From the human T2T-CHM13v2.0 reference genome, Homo sapiens, in assembly GCF_009914755.1 (NCBI RefSeq), contig NC_060929.1: a DNA stretch of 64,000 nt. The stretch is one strand, 5' to 3'. This document shows positions 27,565-39,320 of this stretch, one piece after another (the first letter of the stretch is position 1; each line of letters starts with the position of its first letter). Below the pieces are notes generated by a model. That model did not search any database, had not been told where the DNA came from, and was given only the letters and a program-made list of their open reading frames with translations. A program made the translations under genes and the position numbers.

Positions 27565-27715
27565 GTGCGTGTGTGCATGCATGCCCCCACACAGGCACAG
27601 GCACATGCATATATGTGTGCACGCACATGTGTGCACATGCGTGCATAGGCTCACACACGCATGCGAGCAAGCACACATCAGCACACACGTGCACAGGGAC
27701 ACAGGCACATGCATA
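27565..27715. repeat. Alternating purine-pyrimidine (CA/TG/GC) tract
   Basis: GCACATGTGTGCACATGCGTGCAT-type sequence; a similar tract lies at 31580-31685. Confidence 0.8.
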
Positions 27716-27904
27716 GTGAAGAGCCTGACCAACGGCTGCACCACAGCCTGAGGGACCCCGAGCAGAGGGCCCAGCTTGGCTGTGCCCAGTTTCCGGCCCA
27801 CGAGGACCAAGGGAGGAAACTTGTGTTTCCAGCAGCTATGTTTGCTGCGTTCTCTTCTGCAGCAACAGGTAACAAATATGATGCTGAATGGAGGAATTGA
27901 AGGG

Positions 27905-28020
27905 TATCTGTAGTCCAGTGGCCTCATTTTGAGGGTAGGAGACAGATGTTCAGAGAGAGAAGTGATTTTTCTGGGCACCTGGGGCCAGGTTGTGGCAGAG
28001 TCTGAATTTAAGCCTGTCCT
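27905..28020 (-). mobile_element. MIR fragment
   Basis: CTCATTTTGAGG..CAGAGAGAGAAGTGATTT..GTGGCAGAGTCTGAATTTAAGCC resembles the MIR core. Confidence 0.55.
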
Positions 28021-28704
28021 CGCCTGCCCCGCACTCCCTGTGAGGCGATTTGCGTGCTCTGAGAAGATGACATTGTGAGCCCCTGCCTCCCTGCACAGCA
28101 GAGGAGGGCAGCCCCACGCACTGGGTGTGGGAGTGACTCTCAGACGAGGCAGGCAGTGTGCGCCTTACAGAAGAGGGAGTGGAGGCAAGAGAAAGCCCAC
28201 CCCTCACTACGTTCTCTCCCTGGAGAGGGGTCGGGTCTGAAGCCCCTAGCTTTACCACTGTGACATGGCTGCTTAAACTGGAGACCCTTCGAGAATACAG
28301 GGATCAGGATGGGAGCCACTTCTTGAGTCTGATTTATTTTTTTCACGAAGAATGAATGAGAAATGGGATGTAGCGTGAGTTGTGAGTTGTTGTGTTGAAA
28401 TAATAAGGGAAAATGTGCTACCCTGCCCAGGACCTTGAGGCTCCATTGAGGCAGATGCCCACCTGGCCACTGTGGGTGGAAAATAAAGACCTCTGCTCAC
28501 TCATGTCCCTTTCCTGAGAGCAGAAAGAAGCCTGCTTCTCTGGAGGGTGCAGAAGAGATCTCTGCAGGCGAGGCGTGTGGGATGCTCTGCTGTAGACCCA
28601 CGGCACAACAGGCGGCTTTGTGGGCTGAGCCCTGGCCTGGATAGAGGGTCAAATCGCAGCAGGCGCCATGTGCTGGTGGCTGCTCTTTTCAGGACGTGTC
28701 CCCG

Positions 28705-29535
28705 GTGGCAGGAGGAGGCTGGGTGTGGAGCACTCTCATGTTCACTTTGCTGGTAGGAGCAGGCTGGGTGTGGAGCACTCTCGTGTTCACTTTGGTGGTA
28801 GGAGCAGGCTGGGTGGGGAGCACTCTTGTGTTCACTTTGGTGGCAGGAGAAGACTGGGTGGGGAGCACACTTGTGAGCACTTTGGTGTTGGGAGGAGGCT
28901 GGGTGTGGAGCACTCTCGTTTTCACTTTGCTGGTAGGAGAGGCTGGGTGGGGAGTACACTTCACTTTGGTGGTAGAAGGAGGCTGGGTGGGGAGCACTCT
29001 TGTGTTCACTTTGGTGGCAGGAGGAGACTGGGTGGGGAGTAGACTCGTGTGCACTTTGGTGGTAGGAGGAGGCTAGATGGGGAGCACTCTTGTGTTCACT
29101 TTGGTGGTAGAAGAAGGCTGCGTGGGGAGCACTTTCGTGTGCACTTTGGTAGTAGGAGGCTGGGTGGGGAGCACACTTATGTTCTCTTTGGTGGTAGGAG
29201 GAGGTGGGTGGGGAGCAGACTTCACTTTGATGGCAGGAGGAGGTTGGATGGGGAACACTCTTGTGTTCACTTTGGTGATAGGAGGAAGCTGCGTGGGGAA
29301 CACTCTCATATTCACTTTGGTGGTGGGAAGAGGCTGGGTGGGGAGCACTCTCCTGTTCACCCTGGAGGTGGGAGGAGGCTGGGTGGGGAGCACGCTCGTG
29401 TTCACCCTGGAGGTGGGAGAAGGCTGGGTGGGGAGCACTCTGGTGTTCACTTTGGTGGTGGGGGAGGCTGGGTGGGGAGCACTCTGGTGTTCACTTTAGT
29501 GGTGGGAGGAGGCTGGGTGGGGAGCACACTCACGT
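28705..29535. repeat. Degenerate ~45-bp minisatellite (GGAGGAGGCTGGGTGGGGAGCACTCTCGTGTTCACTTTGGTGGTA), ~19 copies
   Basis: CACTTTGGTGG and GCTGGGTGGGGAGCAC recur periodically. Confidence 0.92.
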
Positions 29536-30720
29536 TCAACTAGAACCTCAGGGCTGTCACAAGTGGGGGCCAGGCTCGAGGCTCAGCATTGTGGCCTCAG
29601 AAGGGCCCAAAGAGTTCTCCCAAAGGAGAACTCTCCCATGACGCCAAGGTTGCCTCCTCAGCCATGTCCCTTGTGGCTTCACCTGTTATCCCAGCTGTTG
29701 GCCAGCTTGGTTGCCTTTCCATCTGTGACCCCCTCCTCCACTGCCTTCTTCCTCACTGTGCCTGACTTCCCCATCCACACAGCATTTTGTACCGAAGCCG
29801 ACCGATGCCACAGCGCAGGCCCCTGAGGGGCGCTTTGCTGTGCAGGCTCCAGCCTCTCCTGCATCTGCTTGGCAAAGTGAGGTCCACCTCCTTGGGTTTT
29901 TGCCTCTTTCTAAACACCACCTGCAAACTGCCTCCCCGCAAAGGAAAGTAGCAGGGACTTGTCCTCCCCAGGGCACTGCACACAGGCTCGAAGCCTGGTC
30001 GGGAGGCTCTTTGGTCAGGCTGGAAAGAGCTTTGACAAGACAGAGTGGCCCCTGCTGGGCTGGGGTGTGCTGGGGAGAGTCCCTTTTCCTCTGACTCCTG
30101 AACTCATCAGGCAACAGTACAGGAGGTTGAGACGAGGCTCTGGCAGGGTCAGAGTCACAGGGCAGGAGGTAACCACTTGAGGGCCATGGGGCCGGAAGTA
30201 GCTAAGGTCCCATGCGATGACCTCCCAGCATCCTGAGCTCAACCCTGAAAAGGGGCTGCAAGGACAATCACAGCAATTATCTTCTTCATTTTGCTACAGG
30301 CACAGAGCAGACACCACACAGCTTCCTTGTCGCCTTCCCTCATGTGCGCACAGCACGGGTGTCATTTAGACATACAGTAGAATGTGTGGCAATTACATCA
30401 GAATCATCACACCAAATGTGGCTGTATCCTTTGTTAATCAAAGTTTATCTGTGTTAGTTAATGGTGTGAAGGAAGCCTATGTAGAGAAATTACCAACTGT
30501 CTGTAAGAAATCCAACATAAACATCCTTTTGTGGCCAAAGAAAAGCATGCTTCAGCCAGAGCCCCGGCATCCACCCTCTTTCCTGCCATGAAGCTTTGCC
30601 ACCTTTTCAACACAGCACCTTGTATTTCAATGCTGGGAGTTCACTGTCAAGGTGCCCCAGTGCTGGGTGAGACACCCCCCACCTCGCCAATGTCTTTTTG
30701 GAAGACTGAGCCTAAAACCA

Positions 30721-30943
30721 GCAGTGTCTCAGAGACGGAGAGATTGTCGCAGCGTCTCAGAGACGGAGGGACCGTCGCAGCGTCTCAGAGACGGAGGGAC
30801 CGTCGCAGCGTCTCAGAGACGGAGGGACCGTCGCAGCGTCTCAGAGACGGAGGGACCGTCGCAGCGTCTCAGAGACGGAGGGATTGTCGCAGCGTCTCAG
30901 AGATGGAGGGATTGTCACAGTGTCTCAGAGATGGAGAGATTGC
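30721..30943. repeat. 28-bp minisatellite, ~8 copies (GCAGCGTCTCAGAGACGGAGGGACCGTC)
   Basis: Period 28 (30777 to 30805). Confidence 0.95.
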
Positions 30944-33900
30944 CAAAGGGGGTTGATGGGCTATTTCAGACCGAACTAAACAGCACAGGACCTGCGCTTC
31001 TGGCTGGGGTTGTCGCTGTGCCCAAGGAGTGTTGCTTTGGGGACAGTCATCCAGGACGGATCCCCTCCCTCCTCCTCGGGGCCTTTGGGTTGGTGGCTGC
31101 TGCCAAGAGAAGGCTGTGGCTGTGCCTCTTTCCAAAGCCCACAAAACCGGGAGAGCCTTCACCGCAGTCCTCAGCATGTAATCCCCAGGACACTGCGCGT
31201 GTGTTGTAGTTGCACAAGCATGCACACACACCCAGACACGCTGATACACACACATCCAGCACAACCCGACTCTCAGGTAAGCCTGGCCTGCAGAAGCCTG
31301 AGCCTTTTGCTCACAGGTTTGCCAGTGCGTAGGCTGGATGACAGGCCTGCAGCCAGTACCGGAACCTGGTGCTCCAGAGCAGAAGAGCTGCTCCTTGACA
31401 ATCAGACCGAGCGCGCATTCATTTATGGACAAGCTTTGTGTTCCACAATGGGGTCCTGGGGTGGGTCGGGATGCACCGTGACAGGGCCAGCAGCGACTCT
31501 CCCCTGCCCCGGACATGGAAAACCTGGAACACAAGAGTCATCAGCCCTCTCGGTGTTCGACTGAATCATGGGGCAAGCCTGTGTGTGCACATGTGTGTGA
31601 ACATATGAGCATGTGTGCACGTGTGAACGTGGGCTTGTGTGCATGCACATGTGCATGTAGGAATGTGTGTATACTCTGTGTGTCGCCAGCTGACCCGGTG
31701 TTTGGTTCTTGGGTCTACTTAGAGGCTGATACTTTGTGTCCTTGTGTCCAGAGAGGATTTGAAATGCGGAGCAGCGCCTGTTCTGGAATTTTCTGTGGCT
31801 GCTCAGCTCTCTCCCAGGGAGCGCGGGTCTTGAGCCACAGCAGAGGGCATCAGCCTCAGCAAGCCCAGACCCGCCCGGAGGCTCCGCTTCTGCAAACTCA
31901 GCCGGACTTGGGAGGGCCGCCCAGAGAGAAGTGGGGTTCGGTGAGGGGAGGGGTGAGGGAAGGGGTGGGCCCACTGCTTTTGTTTATTGTTTGCTTTATT
32001 TGTTTTGTTTTGTTTTTCCTGACTAAGCCCATTGCTCTTCTTGTTTCTAGGGGGAAGATCAGGTTCTTCGGCTGCTCTGTAGGGAGCCCTCCCCGCGTCC
32101 AGGCAGTCCTGAGTCAGCAGGACCCCGTCCGTTCGTCTTTCACCCCCATTCCTTGCTACTCCAGGGGCCGCCCCAGCAGCATTTTCCCAGGCAGCCGGTC
32201 GTCATCCTCCTCCCTGCAGCCTCCTCCTGCGCCCTCTCACGAGGCGCTGGGGCCTGGTGCGGAAGGATTTACAGGGAAGGAATGTCGGGCTCCTCCGGCT
32301 GGGAGCGCACCTGCGCAGGGAGGGTCCTGTCCCACCACACCTGGCCCCCCGGGGAACAGCGGGTGAGTGCTGCTGCAGGAAGGAGCAGGAGAGACGCACT
32401 GCTCCCCGCTCCTCTCTCCGCTTCCCTCCTCTCCTCCCACCTCCCCCATCTCCTCCGTCCCCTGTCTCCGCCCCTCCTTGTCCTCAGGAAGCCATATCCC
32501 ACTCTGGTGGAGTGGCTCAGGCCGCTGATGAGGGTGCTCGGGGCAGGGCTCTTCTCTGAGTGACGTTGGAGGTTTTCACGGTGAACACAGAAAGGGGCAC
32601 TCCGTCCGAGCTGAGCCTCAGGGACCGTGAGGCTTGCTCTTGGCCCTGCTGCTCATACAGCCCTGCGTGCCTCGCTTCCCTCCCACAGCAAGGAAGGATG
32701 ACGGGTGCGGGGTCTGCACGGTGGCGCGGGGTGGCCGCGTTGCTCAGGAGGCACTTGCAGGTCACCACTGCTGCTTACACAGCCTTACTCTAGCAAGGCC
32801 CTGGGCAGCCACACTGTGACACTCGGAACGTCACACCTGGCGTTTTCCAAATGAATTGAATGGGTAGGAATCTTAACATCCCTGGATACTTCGCAGAGTT
32901 GCCGAGGGACTGGCCACGCAGCTCCGCAGACAGCCGCCTCCCACACGCACTCAGGTACACACAACCCTCACCTGCAGCCTAGGCCTTCAACACCTGATGC
33001 TCACGGAACTTTCTGGAGCTTCCAGGGAGTGACATGAGCTTCCCGGGGAGCTCTGCATTTCCTGGGAAACTCTGTTTCCCAGGGAGCTCCTTCCCTTCTA
33101 GGCCCCGCGTCTGCAGTGACAGCTGGGAGGCCTGGACTCAGAGCGGTGACCTTTCCTCACCTCTCCCTGGCACGTCTGCGCCTCTGCCCCTATGGCATTT
33201 GGAAGCCCCCCCGCCCCCCCGCCCACCACACACACACCGCTGCCTCTGCCGCAGGACATGAGTGGCGGCTGCCAGATGACACCTGTCTGCTGGCCAGAGC
33301 GGGCGCCTGACCTCGCTGGCCTGCACTGGAGGCTCTGCAGGTGGGGAGGGCAGCGTGCAGTGGCCATCTGGCATGTCCCAGAGGCTCCCGGCCTGGGTGG
33401 TGACAGGTTCCCCTCGCCCCTCATGGCCCACGCTCAGGATGGGCTGGTCCTGCATCCTTGGGCCCCGTGTGAACGTGGAAATGCCCAGCCCCTGCTGCCC
33501 TCCCGTCCTTCTACATGGGGACAGGAATGTGACTCTCCCGGTGGCAGTGACCACCGCCTGCAGGGGCCTGCTGGCCTCCCTTTTGCACCCGGCTCAGGTG
33601 CCTCCTGGCCGAGACTCCTTGAGGCCACTGTGTGACACACACCACACACCCCTGGCACCAGAGGCCCGGGAAGGGCCAGCCCCTCCTAGCGGCTTCTCCG
33701 GCCCTATGGGGGAGGGTGGGCACATGCTTGGCAACCCCTGGAGAGAAGGGGAGGGGCCACATCCAGTCCATCTATCTTCGCTTTTTACATTTTTATCCAG
33801 CAAGCATGTGTTTCATCATGTTAAAAGAGCAATCCATATTCTAAAAATCATGAGAAAGAATTGAAGGTAGCTTCCTGGCAGGAAGAATGAAATCGTGGGT

Positions 33901-33952
33901 CCCACCACAAGACACCGTCACCTTGCTCCCCATTTCCTTTCCCATTTAAACA

Positions 33953-34210
33953 TTTTTGTTTTATTTTTTATAGAGATGGGGTCTCACTATGTTTCCTAAG
34001 CTGGTCTTGAACTCCTGGCCTCAAGTGATCCTCCTGCCCGAGTAGCTGGGACCACAGGCACGCACCATACCTCGCTGACTTTTGCATTTTTTTGCAGAGA
34101 CGAGTCTCACAACATTGTCCAGGCTGGTCTCGAACTCCTGAGCTCCAGCGATCCCCCCCACCTCAGCCTCCCAAAGCGATATGATTGAAGGTGTGAGTCA
34201 CCGCACCTGG
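33953..34210 (-). mobile_element. Old Alu (AluJ/FLAM-like composite)
   Basis: Two successive left-arm-like segments (AGAGATGGGGTCTCACTATG.. and AGAGACGAGTCTCAC..). Confidence 0.8.
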
Positions 34211-34256
34211 TCTCTCTCTCTCTCCCTCCCTCCCTCTCTCTCTCTTTCTCTTTCTC

Positions 34257-34300
<44 letters not shown>

Positions 34301-34400
34301 TTTCTTCTTTCTTTCTTTCTTCTTTCTTTTTCTTCTTTCATCTTTCTCCCTCTCTCTTTTCCTTCCTTCCTTCCTCCCTCCCTCCCTCCCTCCCTTCCTT
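34211..34400. repeat. (TC)n/(TTTC)n/(TCCC)n polypyrimidine microsatellite
   Basis: Directly visible. Confidence 0.95.
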
Positions 34401-34860
34401 GTAATAGACTTTAGTTTTTAGAGTGTTTTTGGGCTTATGGAAAGAGTGACCAGAAAGTGCAGAGTTCCCACATATGCCCCACCTGCCTCCCTGGTTGCTA
34501 CTAGTGTCCCGCCTTAGAGTGGAGCGTTTGTCATAGTCCTGCCAATGCTGCTGTCATTCACTGGAGTCCGTGGTGCACCGGAGGGCTCATGCCTGCTGCG
34601 GCACATCCTGTGGTTTGGACAAATGGAAAGTGACATGCGTTCCCCACTATGGCATCACACAGGGGAATGTCACCACCTAAACCCCTCTAGGCTCTGCCCG
34701 CTCATCCCCCTGCCTCAGCCCTTGGCAACCACAGCTCTTCCTGCTGTCTCCTGAGTTCTGCCTTTCCCAGGGGTCAGGGTGGGGATCGTGTTGTGTGCAT
34801 CCTTCCCAGACTGGCTCCTTCCCTCAGCAGCAGGCACTGAGGGCTCCTCTGTGCCTCTCA
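34401..34860 (-). mobile_element. L1M 3'-end fragment
   Basis: AGAAAGTGCAGAGTTCCCACATATG..TTTGGACAAATG..CCCTTGGCAACCAC..GACTGGCTCCTT is typical of L1MB/MC 3' ends. Confidence 0.7.
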
Positions 34861-35142
34861 TTGTTTACCTCCCTGCCTGATGGCTTCTCCTGGGTGACAC
34901 CTGCTGTGCCTAGGGCCATCTCGTGGCCCCTGCTGCCTCATGCTCTGGGGTTCAGGGTGCATTCCCATCTCCTCTGTCGCCTGGTGGCTCACTGTGGCCT
35001 CTTCCCTGCCTCTACCACAGGTGTTTTTCTGGGCATAAAATCTATTCCTGACTCCATCTGGAGCTCCCAGTGGTTCAGGGCATGGAGACCAGGCACACGT
35101 AAAGATTGCATCTCTGACTGAATTGAGAATAAGCTGCCTTCA

Positions 35143-35410
35143 GGACTCACGCTTGATCAACCTCGCCAAGGCTGAGGTGGGAGGGTTGCTTGAGCCCAGG
35201 AGTGGGCAACATAGCAAGACCTTGTCTCTACTAAAAATAAGAAAATTAGCAAGCATGGTGGCACATGCCTTTGGTCCTAGCTACTTGGGAGGATGAGGTG
35301 GAAGGACTGCTCGAGCCCAGGATTTCAAGGCTGCAGTGAGCTATGATTGTGCCACTGCACTCCAGCCTGGGCAACAGAACAAGACCCCGTCTCAAAAAAG
35401 AAAAGATAAA
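35143..35410 (+). mobile_element. AluJ-like element
   Basis: GCTTGAGCCCAGGAG..GCTGCAGTGAGCTATGATTGTGCCACTGCACTCCAGCCTGGG followed by an A tail. Confidence 0.9.
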
Positions 35411-37399
35411 CAAAGCAACCTCTTATTTACAAAGCTTGCAGCTCTGCAGCTGGAGGGCTGTGTGGGCACTTTCTTGGCAACATGGGCCCTGTGGCCATGA
35501 ATGGCAGCGGTCACCTTCCTGGATGGGGCTGACTTTTCTCTAGCCTGAGCCACAGCCTGAGCCTCTGACTCCACTCAGTGTGACCTGCAGACAATTGTTT
35601 GCGGCCCCATTCTAATTCCCTCCTAGGGACTCTCAGCCATCTTTCTTTTTCCTTGTGGCAAGAGATGGCCAGGACTTTGGAATGGGCAATGGGTTTACTG
35701 AAGATCACGTCCGTGGAATGCTGGGCTCTGGCGTGGTCTGACCCTTGCAGTGAGCCTCTTTTCTCAGCTATTTCATGACTCTATCCAGATAGGAGCTACC
35801 TTAGGAAAAGAGCAACACCTACGATTCCTATCCATAGAATGGCTTTAGTCGGGTCCCATGGAATACAATTGATTACACCCTGAGCTCAGATCAGGTTCTA
35901 CAAATTCATGCTGACATTCCTGCACTGTAGATAAACCTGCGTCCTGTGGCTTCCCTGCCCTAGGTGCAGCTCCAGCTCCTTCCTTAACTCCACTGGTATT
36001 CCCTTTAATCTGCAGGAGGGGCCAGTGATTGACTTTGGGTGTACACTGTCCCTCCACACCACTTCCCTGTCTTCCATGGTTTTTTGTATTCATTTTCTTC
36101 CACCTCCCAGGCACTGACCCCCAGTAGTGACCCTGGGGGGAGACCATGCCAGGAAGCACACTGGCTGGGGCGACCCTGAGGCATCCCAGGGAGAGGCAGG
36201 AGCCAGAGGCAGCAGGAGCTGAAAGGAGATACCTGTTCTCTGCAGGTCTGTGCTGTGCACCCTCTGCACCCACGAGGCATCCTCAGAAGTGGGGAGGGAG
36301 AAGGAGGGATGGAGGAGTCTTTTAGCATAGTGTGGCCTCCATCTTCCCTCCCCAGGACACCGGGGACCATCCTGAGGGTGGCCTGAGTTGAGGGCCCCTC
36401 TGCAGAGGCTGGCAGTCAGGCCCACATCCCGAGAGCGGGACAGGGACATTTGGCCAGGCAGTTGAAGCTGGAGGTTCAGACGGCCGTTTATTTGGGGATT
36501 TATGACCTTAAGGGTCCCTCTGGAGTGGAGAAGAGCAGCTGCCTCCTCTGCTCAGCCTGGACACCCCTCCTGCCTGTTGGGACACTCTGTGGGTGCCGCC
36601 TGTGAGTCCTGAAATGTGCGATGTCCTGTACGTGCTGCCCAGCTCGATGTGAGGCAACGCGCTGTCCCCATGCCTCTCGCGGGGCCCATCAGTCATCCCT
36701 GAGCACAGACTCCGCTTGCCCTGCACTTACAGCCGTCACGTCGCTAAATGGCTCTGCCTGTTACCGCAGCGCAAATACATGATCCTTTCACTTTGCAGAT
36801 TCCATGTAATTGTGCGTGGACTGTGTCAGCTTCGGATTTAATTGGTGTGTAGGCTGCGAGGCATGAATTACAGCATGTGTAATTTATTTATGCAATACAA
36901 TTTACCATTAACTGAGAGAGGAAAAATAAAGAGAAAAATAATATGTTTTGTACTATAATTACATAATAAAGTTTGAATTAGGAATATCACTTGGCCCACA
37001 AACTTCCTCTGGCCTGAGAAAGATCAGAAAGCAACGTCGTCTCTTCAGTTCCTTCCTGGATTCTCAGGAGGAGCAGGTCTCCCTCTAAGTGCCACGGGAC
37101 AAGCGCGTTGGTGGTAAACGGAGCCGCGGGGAAGAGTGGGGCCTTTGAGAACCAGCTGCATTGACGGGGACATGGCCAGCCCAGGTCAACTGGGGAGAGA
37201 TGGAGAAAAGTAGGGGACGGATAAAGAGAAAGTTACTTTTTTTCTTATATAAAATGAATCGTGAAAACTGCTCACTGGATAGCCAGGCCACTTACTCATA
37301 AAGAAAAAGCAAGAGAAATGCCTGCCACTGCGCCTGGGAGTCCATTCCCAGGTCTAGGGCCACCCCAGAGCTCCCGGTCACCCTCAAGCTGAAATGTTA

Positions 37400-38700
37400 G
37401 ACGCGGAGGGCTGGCTTCCCATGACATTTTCACCGGAGCCCCTGGCATGACTCAAAATCTGTGGTTCTTCAAAATGATGAACATGGGCTCCCGTTGTCTC
37501 CTCACGCGGGAAGGTCCAGGAGCCCACACCCAGGTGTGACTCTATTCTGCTGCGGTGACTCCGGACGTGAGGCTGGGACGAGCCTGAGGGAGCTGCGTGC
37601 TCGCCAGCGCCTCCCGGCCCACCTCTGCGGTCCGTCCTCCGGAGCCCACCCCGGCTCCACCTTGGCTCCCAGGCCGGCACCCCCGGGCTGAGCACAGGGC
37701 CAGGGGCAGGCGGGTTCCAGAGGGAGCATTTCCAAGGGAGGAGGAAAACCAAAGTGCCTGCCAGGCAGGGGGCAAGGACAGAGGGGAAACGCCCCCGCTC
37801 CCAGGGCCGGGTGAGAGACGGTGGGGACCAGCTCAGGGACCCCCACCCAGAGGGGCCGCCACTTCCACGGGGAATGCTGGTCGGAGTGGGCTCCGGACCT
37901 TCCCGCGTGAGGAGACAACAGGAGCCCAGGCTTGACGTGGCCTCTCCGCCTCAAACCCGGGCCGCTGGCTCCCCGCACAGGCTGGGGCGGCGTGGGGCGG
38001 GCGGAAGAGCCCGATCCCTCTGCGGCCGGCCTGGTTGATTCGGGCCCAGCGGACCCTGCCTGGCCCTGGCCCTGGAGGCCGCTGCGGCCCCCACCCAGCT
38101 CCTCAGCAGCCACATGGCGCCGGCCCTCACACCCCGGGGCGGCGCACAGGGCCTGGGCCTGACGACGTCCTTAGGGTCCCTGAGCAGCCGGGTCCCCACG
38201 GCCCTCGGCGACCCGGGGTCCCCGGGATGGAGCGAGGCTCTGGGCCTTCAGCAGACGCCGGGGCCCCAGACGCCCCTGAACCGAGCTCCAGAGACATCCG
38301 AGCCCAGGCTCCTAGAGAACCGCCCCCCGCCGGGTGCGTCCGAGTCAGGGCTCCCCCGAAGGCGGGGACGTCGGGCGAGAAGCAACTGCAAGGACTCGCG
38401 TGAAGAAGCCACCGGGAATCATGGCGGCCGCGCTCAGAGGGACGGCTTTGCACGCAAGCTGTATTTTTCTTCAACTCCTCTGTGTTTTTCAGATCTTCTG
38501 TAGAAGTGTCTGTAGTGACCATCAGAAAAACAATCTGAAAGAAAGACAGGAATTGCCACCGACCCCAGGGCTGCATTTATTGCTGGACATTTGTCACGGT
38601 CTGAGCCGTGTGGACCGGCCCCGCTCAGCCAGAGCCAGGAGGGCTAGGAGGGGAGGCGGGGCAGGGTTTGGGGACGATTTCTCTCCGACCGAAGGAGTAA
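37400..38700. promoter_or_regulatory. Orphan CpG island, possible lncRNA promoter
   Basis: CpG-rich, with GC boxes (GGGGCGGGCGG near 37994) and YY1-type ATGGCG motifs at ~38114 and ~38421. No recognisable protein homology. Confidence 0.65.
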
Positions 38701-38708
38701 TGGGGCCA

Positions 38709-39320
38709 TCACGTAGGCAAGGTCAAAGGACGATGTGGCGGTTGCAGGGTGACCCGAGGTCACGTAGGGAAGGTCAAAGGACGATGTGGCGGTTGCAGGG
38801 TGACCCGAGGTCACGTAGGCAAGGTCAAAGGACGATGTGGGGGTTGCAGGGTGACCCGAGGTCACGTAGGGAAGGTCAAAGGACGATGTGGCGGTTGCAG
38901 GGTGACCCGAGGTCACGTAGGCAAGGTCAAAGGACGATGTGGCGGTTGCAGGGTGACCCGAGGTCACGTAGGGAAGGTCAAAGGACGATGTGGCGGTTGC
39001 AGGGTGACCCGAGGTCACGTAGGGAAGGTCAAAGGACGATGTGGGGGTTGCAGGGTGACCCGAGGTCACGTAGGCAAGGTCAAAGGACGATGTGGCGGTT
39101 GCAGGGTGACCCGAGGTCACGTAGGGAAGGTCAAAGGACGATGTGGGGGTTGCAGGGTGACCCGAGGTCACGTAGGGAAGGTCAAAGGACGATGTGGGGG
39201 TTGCAGGGTGACCCGAGGTCATGTAGGCAAGGTCAAAGGACGATGTGGCGGTTGCAGGGTGACCCGAGGTCATGTAGGCAAGGTCAAAGGACGATGTGAG
39301 GGTTGCAGGGTGACCCGAGG
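38709..39320. repeat. 51-bp VNTR, 12 copies (TCACGTAGG[C/G]AAGGTCAAAGGACGATGTGG[C/G]GGTTGCAGGGTGACCCGAGG)
   Basis: 612 bp = 12 x 51; unit read directly. Confidence 0.98.

Noticed and set aside
31515-32366. 283-aa plus-strand ORF
   Set aside because: It spans TG-rich and T-rich low-complexity sequence, has no domain, and such lengths are expected by chance at this GC content.
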